A stretch of 64,000 nucleotides of DNA. It comes from Spirochaetales bacterium. GTDB lineage: Bacteria > Spirochaetota > Spirochaetia > JABEVK01. The stretch is taken from positions 32,001 to 96,000 of the forward strand of contig JBAXAI010000002.1 in NCBI GenBank assembly GCA_037142615.1. The letters run 5' to 3'. The notes beneath the pieces are model-generated. The model was given only the letters and a program-made list of their open reading frames with translations. It was not told where the DNA came from and searched no databases. A program made the translations under genes and the position numbers. Positions 20,462 through 30,398 of this stretch are shown in pieces. Numbering within the stretch: the first letter of the stretch is position 1; each line of letters opens with the position of its first letter.

Positions 20462-23095
20462 ATGAAAATCCAACCGCGTTTTCAATACGAGGGTGAGCGG
20501 ACCCGTACCATTTCCTTTCCCCTTGGGGGACTCGGAACCGGCAGTCTCGGGTTGGCGGGAAACGGGGCGCTCGTCGACTGGGATATCTTCAACCGGCCAT
20601 CCAAGGGGTCCCACAACGGATTTTCCCACTTTGCCGTCTCGGTAATCGACGGAGAACAGACCATCGATGCCCGCGTCCTTAACGGCGACCACGAAGGTCC
20701 CTACGAGGGGCAGCACGGGAGCGAGAACTTCTACTCTGGCTTCGGCTGGGGCCCACACCGGGAAACCATGGTGGGGATGCCCCACTTCCGGGATACTCGG
20801 TTCACGGGTACCTTTCCCATTGCCCAGCTCGAGTTCCTCGATTCTGATTTCCCCGGAGCCATCAGCCTGACGGCATCCAACCCCTTCATCCCGTACGATG
20901 ACCGGGCCAGCGGGATGCCTGCAGCCTTCTTCGAGTTTCAAGTCACCAATTCGACCCACCGCCCGTTGTCCTACCAATTCTCGTGCGCTCTCACCAATCC
21001 CTTCCCTGTTGATCCCGTGAACCACTTCACGGAGTCCGAGGGAATCAGTTCTCTGGTCCTGGCTGGAGAAGGCACGAGTCTGGAAGGATCCGGGCAGCTC
21101 TGCGTCGCCGTGGAGTCGGGCTCCGTCTCATACCAGGAGCACTGGTATGAGGGGGGATGGTTCGATGAATTGGAGGTCTACTGGCGCGACTTGGGTGACC
21201 CTGCAGGCTTTCGGAACCGCCGTCATCCGGAGAAGAAGAACGCCTCGACCATGACGGGGGTCCTGGCGACGAGGATCGAGTGCCTCCCCGGGGAGACCAA
21301 GACGGTTCGCTTCGTCCTCGGTTGGTACATCCCCCAGTGCCGACGATTTTGGGACCGCCAGCCCCTGGGCCCGGGAGAAACCTTCACCGACGAAGAAAAA
21401 CTCGCGATGGCCAAGCCTTGGAAGAACTGGTATTCGGTCGTCTGGCCGTCCGTCACTGCCGTCGTTCAAGAAGCCTTGGACAGGTGGGACACGCTATGGC
21501 AGCGGACCAAGGAGTTCCGAGACGTCCTCTTCTCGTCATCGCTCCCCGACTCATCGTTGGATGCTGTCTCGGCTACCCTTTCGGTCCTGAAAAGTGCAAC
21601 CGTCCTTCGTCTGGAAGACGGCAGTTTTTACGGATGGGAAGGCGCAGGGGCCAAGTTGGGCTCGTGTGAGGGAACCTGCACCCACGTTTGGAGCTATGCC
21701 CAAAGTCTGGCGTTTCTCTTTCCTCACCTCGAACAAGGCATGAGGAGTGTTGAGTACCGGTACAACCTGGGACCGGAGGGCGGCATGAGCTTCCGAACCA
21801 TGCTTCCGCTCGGGTCGCCTGCCTGGCGATTCCGGGCCTGTGTCGACGGCCAATTTGGAACCGTGTTACGAGTTTACCGCGAGTGGAAAGTCATGGGAAA
21901 CCGGGAATGGCTCACCTCAATCTGGCCCGCCGTGAAGAGCTCGGTGGCCTTCGCGTGGCATCCGGGCAATCCCGACGCCTGGGATCCCGATCGGTCCGGG
22001 GTGATCGTAGGGCGGCAGCACCACACTCTCGACATGGAGTTGTTTGGACCAAACTCGTGGCTGACAGGAATGTACCTCGCCGGTCTCAAGGCCTCGGCAG
22101 AACTCGCCACCATCCTCGGTGACTCGACCTTTGCCGCCGAGTGCCAGGAGGTCTTCCAGCGGGGAAAGGTCCGCCTCGACACCGAACTGTTCAACGGCTC
22201 GTACTATGGCCAAGTGCTCGACCTGACCTCCCCGTCGACGATAGCCGCCTACGACAGTGACGTTGGCGACATGTTCGGCAATTCCCTGCTGAAGTCCTAC
22301 TGGAGCCAGGAGCACCGCCAGATCAAGTACCAAGTCGGTGGTGGACTTCTTATCGACCATGCCCTGGCTCAGTGGCATGCGGGACTTTACGGTCTGGGCG
22401 AGATCTTCGATCCCGACCAGTTGAGGGTTTCCCTGAAAGCCCTCTGGACCAACAACAGAAAGCGATCGATGCGCCGCGAGGCTAACCCTTGCCGGGTGTT
22501 TTCGTTGAACGACGAAGAAGGGATGGTGATCTGCACCTGGCCCGAAGGCAGCCAGAGGCCCGGGATTCCCATTCCCTATGCTCAGGAAACGATGACGGGA
22601 TTTGAATATGCCGCCGCCGCGCTCTTGGTCCAGTCAAGTATGGTCGACGAAGGTCTCTCCCTCGTCGAGGCCATCCGGAGCCGTTATGACGGGAAGAAGC
22701 GCAACCCGTGGAACGAGCTGGAATGCGGTTCGAACTACGCTCGAGCCCTTTCGGCGTACTCAGTCCTCTTGGCCGTGAGCGGTTTTGTCTTCGATGCGGA
22801 CAGGGGGATCCTCGGCTTTCGGCCAGCCATCGAGAAACCTTGGAGTTTCTTTTGGAGTGCCCTTGGGGGCTGGGGCTCTGCGACCATGACTGAAAATCGC
22901 TTCGACCTTGTCCTCAAGGGCGGTAGCATCGCGTTGGAGCAACTCGTCCTGCCCGAGTTGACCGCGGGGATGGACCTTCTGGTCAAGGTGGACGAGGAGC
23001 CCGTGCCCATCAAGGTCGACACCGGGGGAATCCAGTTGGGGTCCAAGGTTGTGGTTCACCACAAGATTGAAGTGGAGTTTTCCCGGTCATTTTGA
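20462..23095 (+). CDS. GH116 glycoside hydrolase (GBA2/glucosylceramidase family)
   Basis: FPLGGLGTGS, WDIFNRP, GSCEGTCTHVWSY, HHTLDME, RNPWNELECGSNYARAL. Confidence 0.88.
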   Translation: MKIQPRFQYEGERTRTISFPLGGLGTGSLGLAGNGALVDWDIFNRPSKGSHNGFSHFAVSVIDGEQTIDARVLNGDHEGPYEGQHGSENFYSGFGWGPHRETMVGMPHFRDTRFTGTFPIAQLEFLDSDFPGAISLTASNPFIPYDDRASGMPAAFFEFQVTNSTHRPLSYQFSCALTNPFPVDPVNHFTESEGISSLVLAGEGTSLEGSGQLCVAVESGSVSYQEHWYEGGWFDELEVYWRDLGDPAGFRNRRHPEKKNASTMTGVLATRIECLPGETKTVRFVLGWYIPQCRRFWDRQPLGPGETFTDEEKLAMAKPWKNWYSVVWPSVTAVVQEALDRWDTLWQRTKEFRDVLFSSSLPDSSLDAVSATLSVLKSATVLRLEDGSFYGWEGAGAKLGSCEGTCTHVWSYAQSLAFLFPHLEQGMRSVEYRYNLGPEGGMSFRTMLPLGSPAWRFRACVDGQFGTVLRVYREWKVMGNREWLTSIWPAVKSSVAFAWHPGNPDAWDPDRSGVIVGRQHHTLDMELFGPNSWLTGMYLAGLKASAELATILGDSTFAAECQEVFQRGKVRLDTELFNGSYYGQVLDLTSPSTIAAYDSDVGDMFGNSLLKSYWSQEHRQIKYQVGGGLLIDHALAQWHAGLYGLGEIFDPDQLRVSLKALWTNNRKRSMRREANPCRVFSLNDEEGMVICTWPEGSQRPGIPIPYAQETMTGFEYAAAALLVQSSMVDEGLSLVEAIRSRYDGKKRNPWNELECGSNYARALSAYSVLLAVSGFVFDADRGILGFRPAIEKPWSFFWSALGGWGSATMTENRFDLVLKGGSIALEQLVLPELTAGMDLLVKVDEEPVPIKVDTGGIQLGSKVVVHHKIEVEFSRSF

Positions 23096-23200
23096 AGTGC
23101 CCTTCCTGAACTTACGTGCAATAGACTTATGGGTTGCTCAAAGCTCGGGAGGGCGGCGGAATCAACCAAGAGAGAAACCGGTGCATCTTAAAGGAACCAT

Positions 23201-23334
23201 GACTCAAGGCGGCCAAAAGCACAACCATGCAAGTTTTCGTGGGCAATCCCTTCCCGATGGCCAACTATTCGGAAAAAGATTGCCCACCTTCCAGGTCTGT
23301 GACCCCCTGCGACCAGAAGTCGAGGTGGACACGC
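23201..23334. repeat. Degenerate, internally deleted direct copy of 41294-41819 (tolC 5' end + inverted repeat + 37-mer)
   Basis: 23201-23228 is identical to 41294-41321; inverted repeat 23239-23287 resembles 41441-41488; 23298-23334 is identical to 41783-41819. Confidence 0.9.
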
Positions 23335-23527
23335 ACGGAACCTCGCCACTGGCAGCGTACTCGGCGAGTGCAATCAAGAGCACAAAGCGGTCGCCTCCAT
23401 TGCTCTCTTGAAGAAGCTCGACGGGGCGACATGCTCGCCAAACACCTACATTTGTATGGGAAAATGGGTATCAGTGTCGGTTTCGAGGTCGCTCCCTCTG
23501 CTATAGCATTTCCGCAAGAGGTGAGGA

Positions 23528-24412
23528 ATGAAGGCCCACAGCGGTACCCGAAAGGCCTATTGGCTGCGACAACTGACGTTTCTGGCCCCATCGCTGCTCT
23601 TCTTCACCGTCTTCACGGTGTTTTCCTTTGTCGCGGGGCTCTACTACTCCTCCACCAAATGGAACGGGCTGTCGTCGGCGGTTGAGTGGGTTGGACTTCA
23701 GAACTACCTCACACTGGGCACCGATGAGCTATTCCTTCAGTCGTTCCTCTTCTCCGCGAAGTTCACGCTGGTCAGTGTCATCGTCACCAACCTCCTGGCC
23801 TTCTTTCTTGCCTTGGTCCTTTCTGAGGCTGTGAAGGGACGCGGACTACTCAGGGCCGGCTTCGTTCTACCCAATGTGATCTCGGGATTGGTGCTCGGCT
23901 TTATCTGGCAGTTCATCTTTGTAAGGGGTTTCGACGCCTTCGGCAGGGCGCTGGGGGTGGAGTTTCTCTCGGGCTGGCTCGGCGATGAGACGACAGCATT
24001 TTGGGGAATGGCCATTGTTTTTGTGTGGCAAAACGCCGGCTACATGATGGTGATCTACATCGCTGGCCTGAGCAACATTCCCCAGGACCTCCGCGAAGCG
24101 GCGGCCATCGACGGTGCCGGCGCTTGGAAGCGCTTCACGGCGGTCACCTTTCCGCTGGTCATGCCGGCCATCACGGTCTGCCTCTTCATGAGCCTCGCGG
24201 CCGGCTTCAAGCTTTTTGAGGTGCCGTTTGCCATGACTCGCGGAGGGCCCTACAGCTCGACCCGCTCCATCACCATGGACATCTACTTCGAGGCGTTCAC
24301 CAACGGAAACTACGGTCTGGGCGGCGCCAAGGCCGTGGTGTTCTTTGCCGTGGTGGCGCTGGTGACTCTGATTCAAGTGAGTCTGACGAAACGAAAGGAA
24401 GTGCAATTGTGA
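23528..24412 (+). CDS. Sugar ABC transporter permease (MsmF-like)
   Basis: WVGLQNY, LPNVISGLVLGFIWQFIF, EAAAIDGAG. Confidence 0.92.
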   Translation: MKAHSGTRKAYWLRQLTFLAPSLLFFTVFTVFSFVAGLYYSSTKWNGLSSAVEWVGLQNYLTLGTDELFLQSFLFSAKFTLVSVIVTNLLAFFLALVLSEAVKGRGLLRAGFVLPNVISGLVLGFIWQFIFVRGFDAFGRALGVEFLSGWLGDETTAFWGMAIVFVWQNAGYMMVIYIAGLSNIPQDLREAAAIDGAGAWKRFTAVTFPLVMPAITVCLFMSLAAGFKLFEVPFAMTRGGPYSSTRSITMDIYFEAFTNGNYGLGGAKAVVFFAVVALVTLIQVSLTKRKEVQL

Positions 24413-25245
24413 AAAGCTCCGCCTCGGCCCGCGTCGTCTTGAGATTGGGGCATCTGGTCACCGTCGTATTGGTCGTCGTCTTTTTGGTGCCGTTCTACTT
24501 TGTGTTCGTCAACAGCTTCAAACCCCTGGGTGAGATCCTGACCAACACCGCCGGCCTGCCGGCTCACTGGGACTTCCAGAACTTTCCCCGGACCTTCCAG
24601 ATTCTGAGCTTCGGCCAGGTGCTGCTGAGCTCGTTCATTGTCACGGCTCTGACGGTGCTGGGGCTGGTCTTTTTCAGCGCAACGGCAGCGTATCAGTTGC
24701 TTCGTCAGGCCACACGGACCAATCGGGTGCTCTTCAGCGTCTTGGTTGCTTCGATGATTATCCCCTTTCCGAGCCTGATGATTCCCTTGGTGACGACGGC
24801 GGGCAAGTTGGGTATTCAGAACTCCTACGCCGGACTCGTCTTGACCTACCTGGGTCTTGGACTCCCCTTTGCGATTTTCCTGTACCACGGCTTCATCAAG
24901 TCAATCCCGGTCGAGATCGAGGAAGCCGCCATCATCGACGGCTGCGGACCTCACTCCGTATTCTGGCGGGTGGTCTTTCCGTTATTGCAGCCTATCACCG
25001 TCACCGTAGCCTTGCTCAACGGACTGCAAGTCTGGAACGACTTTCTGTTGCCTTCACTCATCCTGTCCCGCAAGGCGCTGTGGACCATTCCGCTTTCGAT
25101 CAACTCACTGTTCAGCCAGTACAACCAGCAGTGGGACAAAGCCTTGCCCGGGTTGGCCATGAGCATCTTGCCAGTTCTGGCCATGTTCCTGTTTGCCCAA
25201 AAGCACATCATCACCGGAATCAGCCAAGGTGCCATTAAGGGCTGA
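24409..25245 (+). CDS. Sugar ABC transporter permease (MsmG-like)
   Basis: FLYHGFIKSIPVEIEEAAIIDG, WNDFLLP, QKHIITGISQGAIKG; GTGA overlap with the previous gene. Confidence 0.92.
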   Translation: MKSSASARVVLRLGHLVTVVLVVVFLVPFYFVFVNSFKPLGEILTNTAGLPAHWDFQNFPRTFQILSFGQVLLSSFIVTALTVLGLVFFSATAAYQLLRQATRTNRVLFSVLVASMIIPFPSLMIPLVTTAGKLGIQNSYAGLVLTYLGLGLPFAIFLYHGFIKSIPVEIEEAAIIDGCGPHSVFWRVVFPLLQPITVTVALLNGLQVWNDFLLPSLILSRKALWTIPLSINSLFSQYNQQWDKALPGLAMSILPVLAMFLFAQKHIITGISQGAIKG

Positions 25246-25327
25246 GCCAAACTATCAAAGAAGGAGGGCAGAACGTTTGACAATGCGCCGCGCGTGCCGT
25301 GGTGAATACCTTTCTAGGAGTATTTCT

Positions 25328-26545
25328 TTGAAAAAGATCCTGTGGACCTTGCTTGCACTGACCCTTTTGATCCCGGTCGCCACTGCCGAACAGGCTGTGA
25401 CGGTCAAAATCTTCCCGCTCAAGAATGACCTTACGGACGGCCTGACGGCAGCCGGTCTGGCGTACACCAAGCTGCACCCCAACGTGACCATCAGCGTGGA
25501 AAACGGTCAGGGAGCTGACTACACCGCAAGCCTGAAGGCCAAGTTCGCCTCGGGCGACGAGCCCGATATTTTTAATTTCCAAGGTGAGACCGAACGCCAG
25601 ACTTTCCTTGAAAAACTCGAAGACCTCAGCAACGTGCCCATGCTGAAGAATGTGGTCAAAGGCGTCGACACGAGCGGCGCGGTGGACGGAGGCAAGATTT
25701 ATGGTCTGCCCCAGAACATTGAAGGTTATGGCTTCATTTACAACAAAGACCAGTTCAAGAAGGCTGGGATCACGAGCTTGCCAACGACCCTCGCCGAGTT
25801 GGAGGCCGCCTGCAAGAAACTTCAGGCCATAGGCGTGACCCCGTTCACAAACGCCTACGGCGAGTGGTGGGTTCTGGGTGTGCACAACTTCAACATCGTG
25901 CTGGCCAACCAGGCCAATCCCAAACAGTTTGTCGCCGACCTCGCAGCCGGAAAGGCTAAGCTGGTAGGCAACGACGTGGCCAGGCGCTACCTCGACCTGA
26001 TTGACCTGACCATCAAATACGGTCCCAAATCGGGCACCTTGACGGTCAACTACGCCGGGGCCCTCACCGAACTAGCCACCGGAAAGGCTGCCATGAACCA
26101 GCAGGGGCAGTGGGCACAGAGCACCATCGACCCGATCACCCCCAACATGAACCTGGGCTTTTTGCCCATGCCGGTCACGGCCAAGAGCACCAAGCTGTAT
26201 GCGGGAGTACCCGGGTTCTGGGCGGTCAACAAGAACTCTCCCGCCAAAGAGGCTGCCAAGGACTTTCTGAACTGGCTGTACACCAACAAGGATGCTGGCT
26301 CGTACATCGTCGCCCAGATGAAGTTCATTCCACCGGTGACCAACATCACGACCCAGGGAACCTCGGCGCTCAACAACGCCCTGTCGGAATACTCGTCCCG
26401 CGGCGAGGTGCTCGGTTGGCCCATGATGAGCCTGCCAGAAGGCGCGACCACCCTGATCGCGCCGGACCTTCAGGCCTACATCGGCGGCAAGGTGACCAAA
26501 GACGCCTTGCTGGCCAAGCTGGAGAAGGACTGCCTCAAGAAGTAA
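25328..26545 (+). CDS. Sugar ABC transporter substrate-binding protein (MsmE-like)
   Basis: TTG start after TAGGAG; signal peptide; LKAKFASGDEPDIF, EGYGFIYNKDQFKKAGI. Confidence 0.9.
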   Translation: MKKILWTLLALTLLIPVATAEQAVTVKIFPLKNDLTDGLTAAGLAYTKLHPNVTISVENGQGADYTASLKAKFASGDEPDIFNFQGETERQTFLEKLEDLSNVPMLKNVVKGVDTSGAVDGGKIYGLPQNIEGYGFIYNKDQFKKAGITSLPTTLAELEAACKKLQAIGVTPFTNAYGEWWVLGVHNFNIVLANQANPKQFVADLAAGKAKLVGNDVARRYLDLIDLTIKYGPKSGTLTVNYAGALTELATGKAAMNQQGQWAQSTIDPITPNMNLGFLPMPVTAKSTKLYAGVPGFWAVNKNSPAKEAAKDFLNWLYTNKDAGSYIVAQMKFIPPVTNITTQGTSALNNALSEYSSRGEVLGWPMMSLPEGATTLIAPDLQAYIGGKVTKDALLAKLEKDCLKK

Positions 26546-26550
26546 CGACC

Positions 26551-26587
26551 GGGTTGCCGCTTGCGCTGGCGTGGCGGCAACCCTTTT
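26551..26587 (+). terminator. Rho-independent terminator-like hairpin
   Basis: GGGTTGCCGC...GCGGCAACCC followed by TTTT, directly after the substrate-binding protein stop and before the GH127 RBS. Confidence 0.65.
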
Positions 26588-26596
26588 GGAGGATCA

Positions 26597-28489
26597 ATGC
26601 CCCTGCAGCACTTTCACAAGCTCAAGATCACGTCACTAAGTCCCCAGGGTTGGGTCCTCGAGTTCCTCAAGCGTCAGGAGTCCGGCCTCACCGGCCACAT
26701 CGAGGTCGCCGGCTACCCCTTCAACACCTGCCTGTGGGCTGGCGAACGAATGGAGGGCTCGCCCACGGCGTGGTGGCCCTACGAGCAGACTGCCTACTAC
26801 CTCGACGGTGCCCTTCGTCTAGGTTACTTGCTGCGCAGCCGCCGGTTGCTCGACAAGGTGCACGAGAACTTGGACTACGTGCGCGATCACGTGACCGCCG
26901 AAGGTCGTTTTGCAACCCCTCTGAGTGAGCGCTGGCGTCATTGGCCGTACGCCAGTTTCAACCGCGCGTTTATGTGCGAATGGGAAACGACGGGTGACCC
27001 GGTCGTTGTCGAACTGCTGCGGCGGCACTACCTGAGCTTTTCGGCGGCTGACTTCGCCGACGTTCTCGAGCTGGCCAACGTAGAGCACCTGTGTTGGGTA
27101 TATGGTGAAACCGGTGACCAGCGACTGCTCAATCTGGCCCAAGAGGCCTACGCCCTTTTTCAGCAACACTACCACTACCGCAATTGGGAAGACTGCGACA
27201 TCCAGTTTGACACCGACAGCCCCCCGACCACCCATGCGGTCGTGTATCTGGAACTCGTCAAGGTTCCCCTGATTCTGTATAGCCACACGGGCGAACTTCG
27301 CTACCGTCTTGAGGCCGAGCGTGGCCTGCGGTCGATGCTCAAGCACCATATGCTGGCTTCCGGCTTGCCCAGTTCCACCGAACATTTTGAAGGTAGTGCC
27401 GAGGATTGCGGTTCTGAGACCTGCAACGCCGCAACAATGCCCTACACGCTGGGGTACTTCCTTCGCATTACTGGCGTGGCCACCTATGGTGATGCGATCG
27501 AAAAGGCCGTCTTCAACGGTGGCTTGGGGGCCATCACCAAGGACTTCCGATCACACCAGTACTTCTCGGCTCCCAATCAGGTGGTCGCGGCCCTAGACTC
27601 CAACCCCTACGGACACCATGCGGCGCGCATGGCCTATTTGCCCGGCCACGATGTCGAGTGCTGCACCGGCAACGTCAACCGCTTCATGCCCTACTACGTG
27701 GAACAGATGTGGCTGGGCACGGAAGACGGGGGGCTCGCCGCTGCCTTGCTGGGCCCCTGCTCCGTAACGGCCGAGGTGGGTCAGGACAAGGTGCCCGTCA
27801 CCATCCAGGAACTGACAGAATATCCGCACACTTCCGGGATTGACTTTCGCTTCTCGATGCCACGGTCGGCCCACTTTCCCCTGCAGGTTCGCATCCCGGA
27901 CTGGTGCAAGGCGCCTGTCATGGCTCTCAACGGTGGGGCGCTGGCCGGAGTCGTTCCGGGCGAGTTCTTCCGCCTCGACAGGGAGTTCCACGACGGCGAC
28001 CTGTTGCGGCTTGAGCTCCCAATGGAGGTCACGCTCAGCCACTGGCCCAATGGCGGCATCGCGGTCGAGAGGGGTCCGCTGGTGTACAGCGCACCGATTG
28101 TCGCCGAGGAAACGGCGGTCGAGTACGGCAAGTCCTCGACAGAGTTCCCTGCGCTCGAGCGTAGGGCTGCTGGCCCCTGGAACTTTGGGGTTGGAACCGA
28201 GGGTTTGGACACCAGTCAGATCGCCGTAACGACCCGTTCGCCAGGAGGCTACCCCTGGGACGCCCAGAATGCGCCCATCTCGCTCCGGCTGCCTGTCCGG
28301 CCCGTTCGCAACTGGCGACTGCGGACCAGGTCGGACCTGCGGGTGAAAACGAAGATCACCCGGACAACGGCATTTCCCCGGAAACCCGAATACCTCGCAC
28401 AGGGGACAACGCTCGAACTGATTCCTTACGGGTGTACCCTTCTGCGAATCACGGTCTTTCCCACGGTCAGTGATCACTCTTCTTGTTAA
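26597..28489 (+). CDS. Second GH127-type beta-L-arabinofuranosidase-like protein
   Basis: WWPYEQTAYYLDG, ETCNAA, ECCTGNVNR, LQVRIPDW, LIPYGCTLLRITVFP. Start ATG 26597 after GGAGG. Confidence 0.85.
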   Translation: MPLQHFHKLKITSLSPQGWVLEFLKRQESGLTGHIEVAGYPFNTCLWAGERMEGSPTAWWPYEQTAYYLDGALRLGYLLRSRRLLDKVHENLDYVRDHVTAEGRFATPLSERWRHWPYASFNRAFMCEWETTGDPVVVELLRRHYLSFSAADFADVLELANVEHLCWVYGETGDQRLLNLAQEAYALFQQHYHYRNWEDCDIQFDTDSPPTTHAVVYLELVKVPLILYSHTGELRYRLEAERGLRSMLKHHMLASGLPSSTEHFEGSAEDCGSETCNAATMPYTLGYFLRITGVATYGDAIEKAVFNGGLGAITKDFRSHQYFSAPNQVVAALDSNPYGHHAARMAYLPGHDVECCTGNVNRFMPYYVEQMWLGTEDGGLAAALLGPCSVTAEVGQDKVPVTIQELTEYPHTSGIDFRFSMPRSAHFPLQVRIPDWCKAPVMALNGGALAGVVPGEFFRLDREFHDGDLLRLELPMEVTLSHWPNGGIAVERGPLVYSAPIVAEETAVEYGKSSTEFPALERRAAGPWNFGVGTEGLDTSQIAVTTRSPGGYPWDAQNAPISLRLPVRPVRNWRLRTRSDLRVKTKITRTTAFPRKPEYLAQGTTLELIPYGCTLLRITVFPTVSDHSSC

Positions 28490-29123
28490 CCATCAAAAGG
28501 AGTTCGAGTCTGTCATGCACTCCGATCTTCGCGTACAGCCGGCTGACATGGTTGCGAACGGTTTGTTCCTCAATGAACAGCAGGTCAGCGATCTTCTGAT
28601 TGCTCAGGCCTTCGGAAAGGTGAAGCAGAACTTCCCTTTCACGGCGGGTGAGAGAGTCCAGCCACTTCTCTGTGCCGGCTTGTTGCGATAGCCCAGCCCC
28701 CGAGCCTAGTTGCTTGACAAGTTTGCGAGCGATTTCCGGTGAAATCATGACGGAGCCCTCGTTCACCGCCTGCAGGCACATGATCAGGTTGGATGGATGG
28801 GTTTCCTTCAGCAGATACCCCACCGCACCGAGCGACAGCGCCTGGTGAACGAATACCTCATCGTCGTAGGTGGTCAGGATAACGACTTGGGTTTGGGGGT
28901 TGGCCTTTCGGATTCGGGCGGTAGCCTCCACGCCGTCCATAAGGGGCATCTTGATGTCTAGCAAAATGATATCCGGCTTCAGTCTCGCGACGGCCGCCAC
29001 CGCCTCGAGTCCATTGGCGGCCGTGCCCACTACCTCGATGAAGTCACTGCGCGACTCAATGACCGATTTCAGGCTCTCCACAAACAGCATCTGGTCATCG
29101 GCGATCACAATTCTCGTCTTCAC
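28467..29123 (-). CDS. NarL/LuxR-family response regulator
   Basis: IVIADDQ, LLDIKMP, LTTYDD; HTH LTRREREVL...TVRNHVSRLYAK. Confidence 0.93.
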   Translation of the reverse strand: MKTRIVIADDQMLFVESLKSVIESRSDFIEVVGTAANGLEAVAAVARLKPDIILLDIKMPLMDGVEATARIRKANPQTQVVILTTYDDEVFVHQALSLGAVGYLLKETHPSNLIMCLQAVNEGSVMISPEIARKLVKQLGSGAGLSQQAGTEKWLDSLTRREREVLLHLSEGLSNQKIADLLFIEEQTVRNHVSRLYAKIGVHDRLELLLMVNKKSDH

Positions 29124-30376
29124 AGGCGACTCCCACTGGTTTGGCGGATGGGAATCACAACACTGACCGAAAAGCCGCCTTCGACGTTGCCTGCCTCGAC
29201 CCTCCCCTCCCAGGGCAACAGGCGTTCTTCCATGCCCTGCAAACCGATTCCTTTTGTGATCGAAGGCGTGCCTTTTCCGTTATCAAAGACATGCACCACC
29301 AGTTCCCTGTCATCGGCAAGTTCCCGGATCCAGAACGAGATGGCAATCTTCGAGGCTTTGCCGTGCCGGAAGGCGTTGGACAAGCTCTCCTGGACGATTC
29401 GATAGACGGCCCTGTCCATTTCGTCTTCCAGTTCCCAGGGAAGGTTTCCGTAGCTGATGTTGATTTCGAGCCCCGTCGCCTCGGCAAAGACCGAAACCAA
29501 ATGCTGTAGCGCCTTGACCCCGCGCCGGGTTGGGTCGTCGAACAGGCGAAGCTCCCGTAGCGACTCGCGGGTATCACGGATGGCTTCCTTACCCTCGAGG
29601 ATGATCAGGTCCAGGCAGCGGCTTGCCTTCGTCTGGGCAGGACTCAGATTGTCGTGAACTGACTCAGCCAGCATCAAGATATTCGTCATCGTGTGGATGG
29701 CGGTGTCGTGAATGTCTCTGGAAATCCGTTTTCGCTCGAGCAGCACCGACCGCTCGGCGGCCGAGGTTGCGTACGCCTGAAAGCCAATGTTGGCATCGAT
29801 TAGCTGGGCCACGGCGGTCTCGAGCCGCAATCGTTGCCTGTCGAGGGCCTCAATTCTGAGCACGAGCCAGCGCACGAGGAGCGAGAGGAGCGTGACCACC
29901 AAGAGCACAAGACCAGCCGGCGCCAGAACTTGCCACGTGATCTGAGGGAAGCCCGTGTCGAGGGAGCTGGTGTACAGGGCGATCCCTGCGGTCAGCGCTC
30001 CGAGCACGAGGCTAAGGACCAACGCCACTCGAGCCGGAACAAAGAGTGCGAACTCCGCCGCCTGGGCAGCGAAAAAAACCGACTCTAGACCCCAGAACTG
30101 GCCGACCGTAAGGCTGACCACTGCCGCTGTATTGGAAAAGAAGACGGCGAACAACAGCTTAGGAAGAAACAGTAGTCGGGCGTAGGGCCTGCTCTCGAAG
30201 AACACCATCGCCAGCGTCAAAGAAGCACATAGCCCCAGGAGCACGTGAAACTGGAGTCCCCACTGTGCAGGCCCACCCCTGCGAGGCTCGATATTCCAGT
30301 AGAGGACCGACAGCAAGGCGTACAGGAACAACAGCAAGGCGAGCGTCAGGTTCTTCGCGATTCGAAGGATGTTCAC
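29120..30376 (-). CDS. Membrane sensor histidine kinase (HisKA_3)
   Basis: Several N-terminal TM helices; ERKRISRDIHD, RIVQESLSNAFRHG, DNGKG, GIGLQGMEER. Confidence 0.92.
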   Translation of the reverse strand: MNILRIAKNLTLALLLFLYALLSVLYWNIEPRRGGPAQWGLQFHVLLGLCASLTLAMVFFESRPYARLLFLPKLLFAVFFSNTAAVVSLTVGQFWGLESVFFAAQAAEFALFVPARVALVLSLVLGALTAGIALYTSSLDTGFPQITWQVLAPAGLVLLVVTLLSLLVRWLVLRIEALDRQRLRLETAVAQLIDANIGFQAYATSAAERSVLLERKRISRDIHDTAIHTMTNILMLAESVHDNLSPAQTKASRCLDLIILEGKEAIRDTRESLRELRLFDDPTRRGVKALQHLVSVFAEATGLEINISYGNLPWELEDEMDRAVYRIVQESLSNAFRHGKASKIAISFWIRELADDRELVVHVFDNGKGTPSITKGIGLQGMEERLLPWEGRVEAGNVEGGFSVSVVIPIRQTSGSRL

Positions 30377-30398
30377 CCGTCGCCTCGCCCAGCCATCG

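Noticed and set aside
23298-23334. 37-bp exact repeat as a possible CRISPR repeat
   Set aside because: Only two copies, 18 kb apart, with no spacer array and no cas genes.
28467-30376. Two-component system as the nitrate sensor NarXL
   Set aside because: The kinase lacks a recognisable periplasmic P-box/HAMP layout and lies in the sugar region, far from nar.
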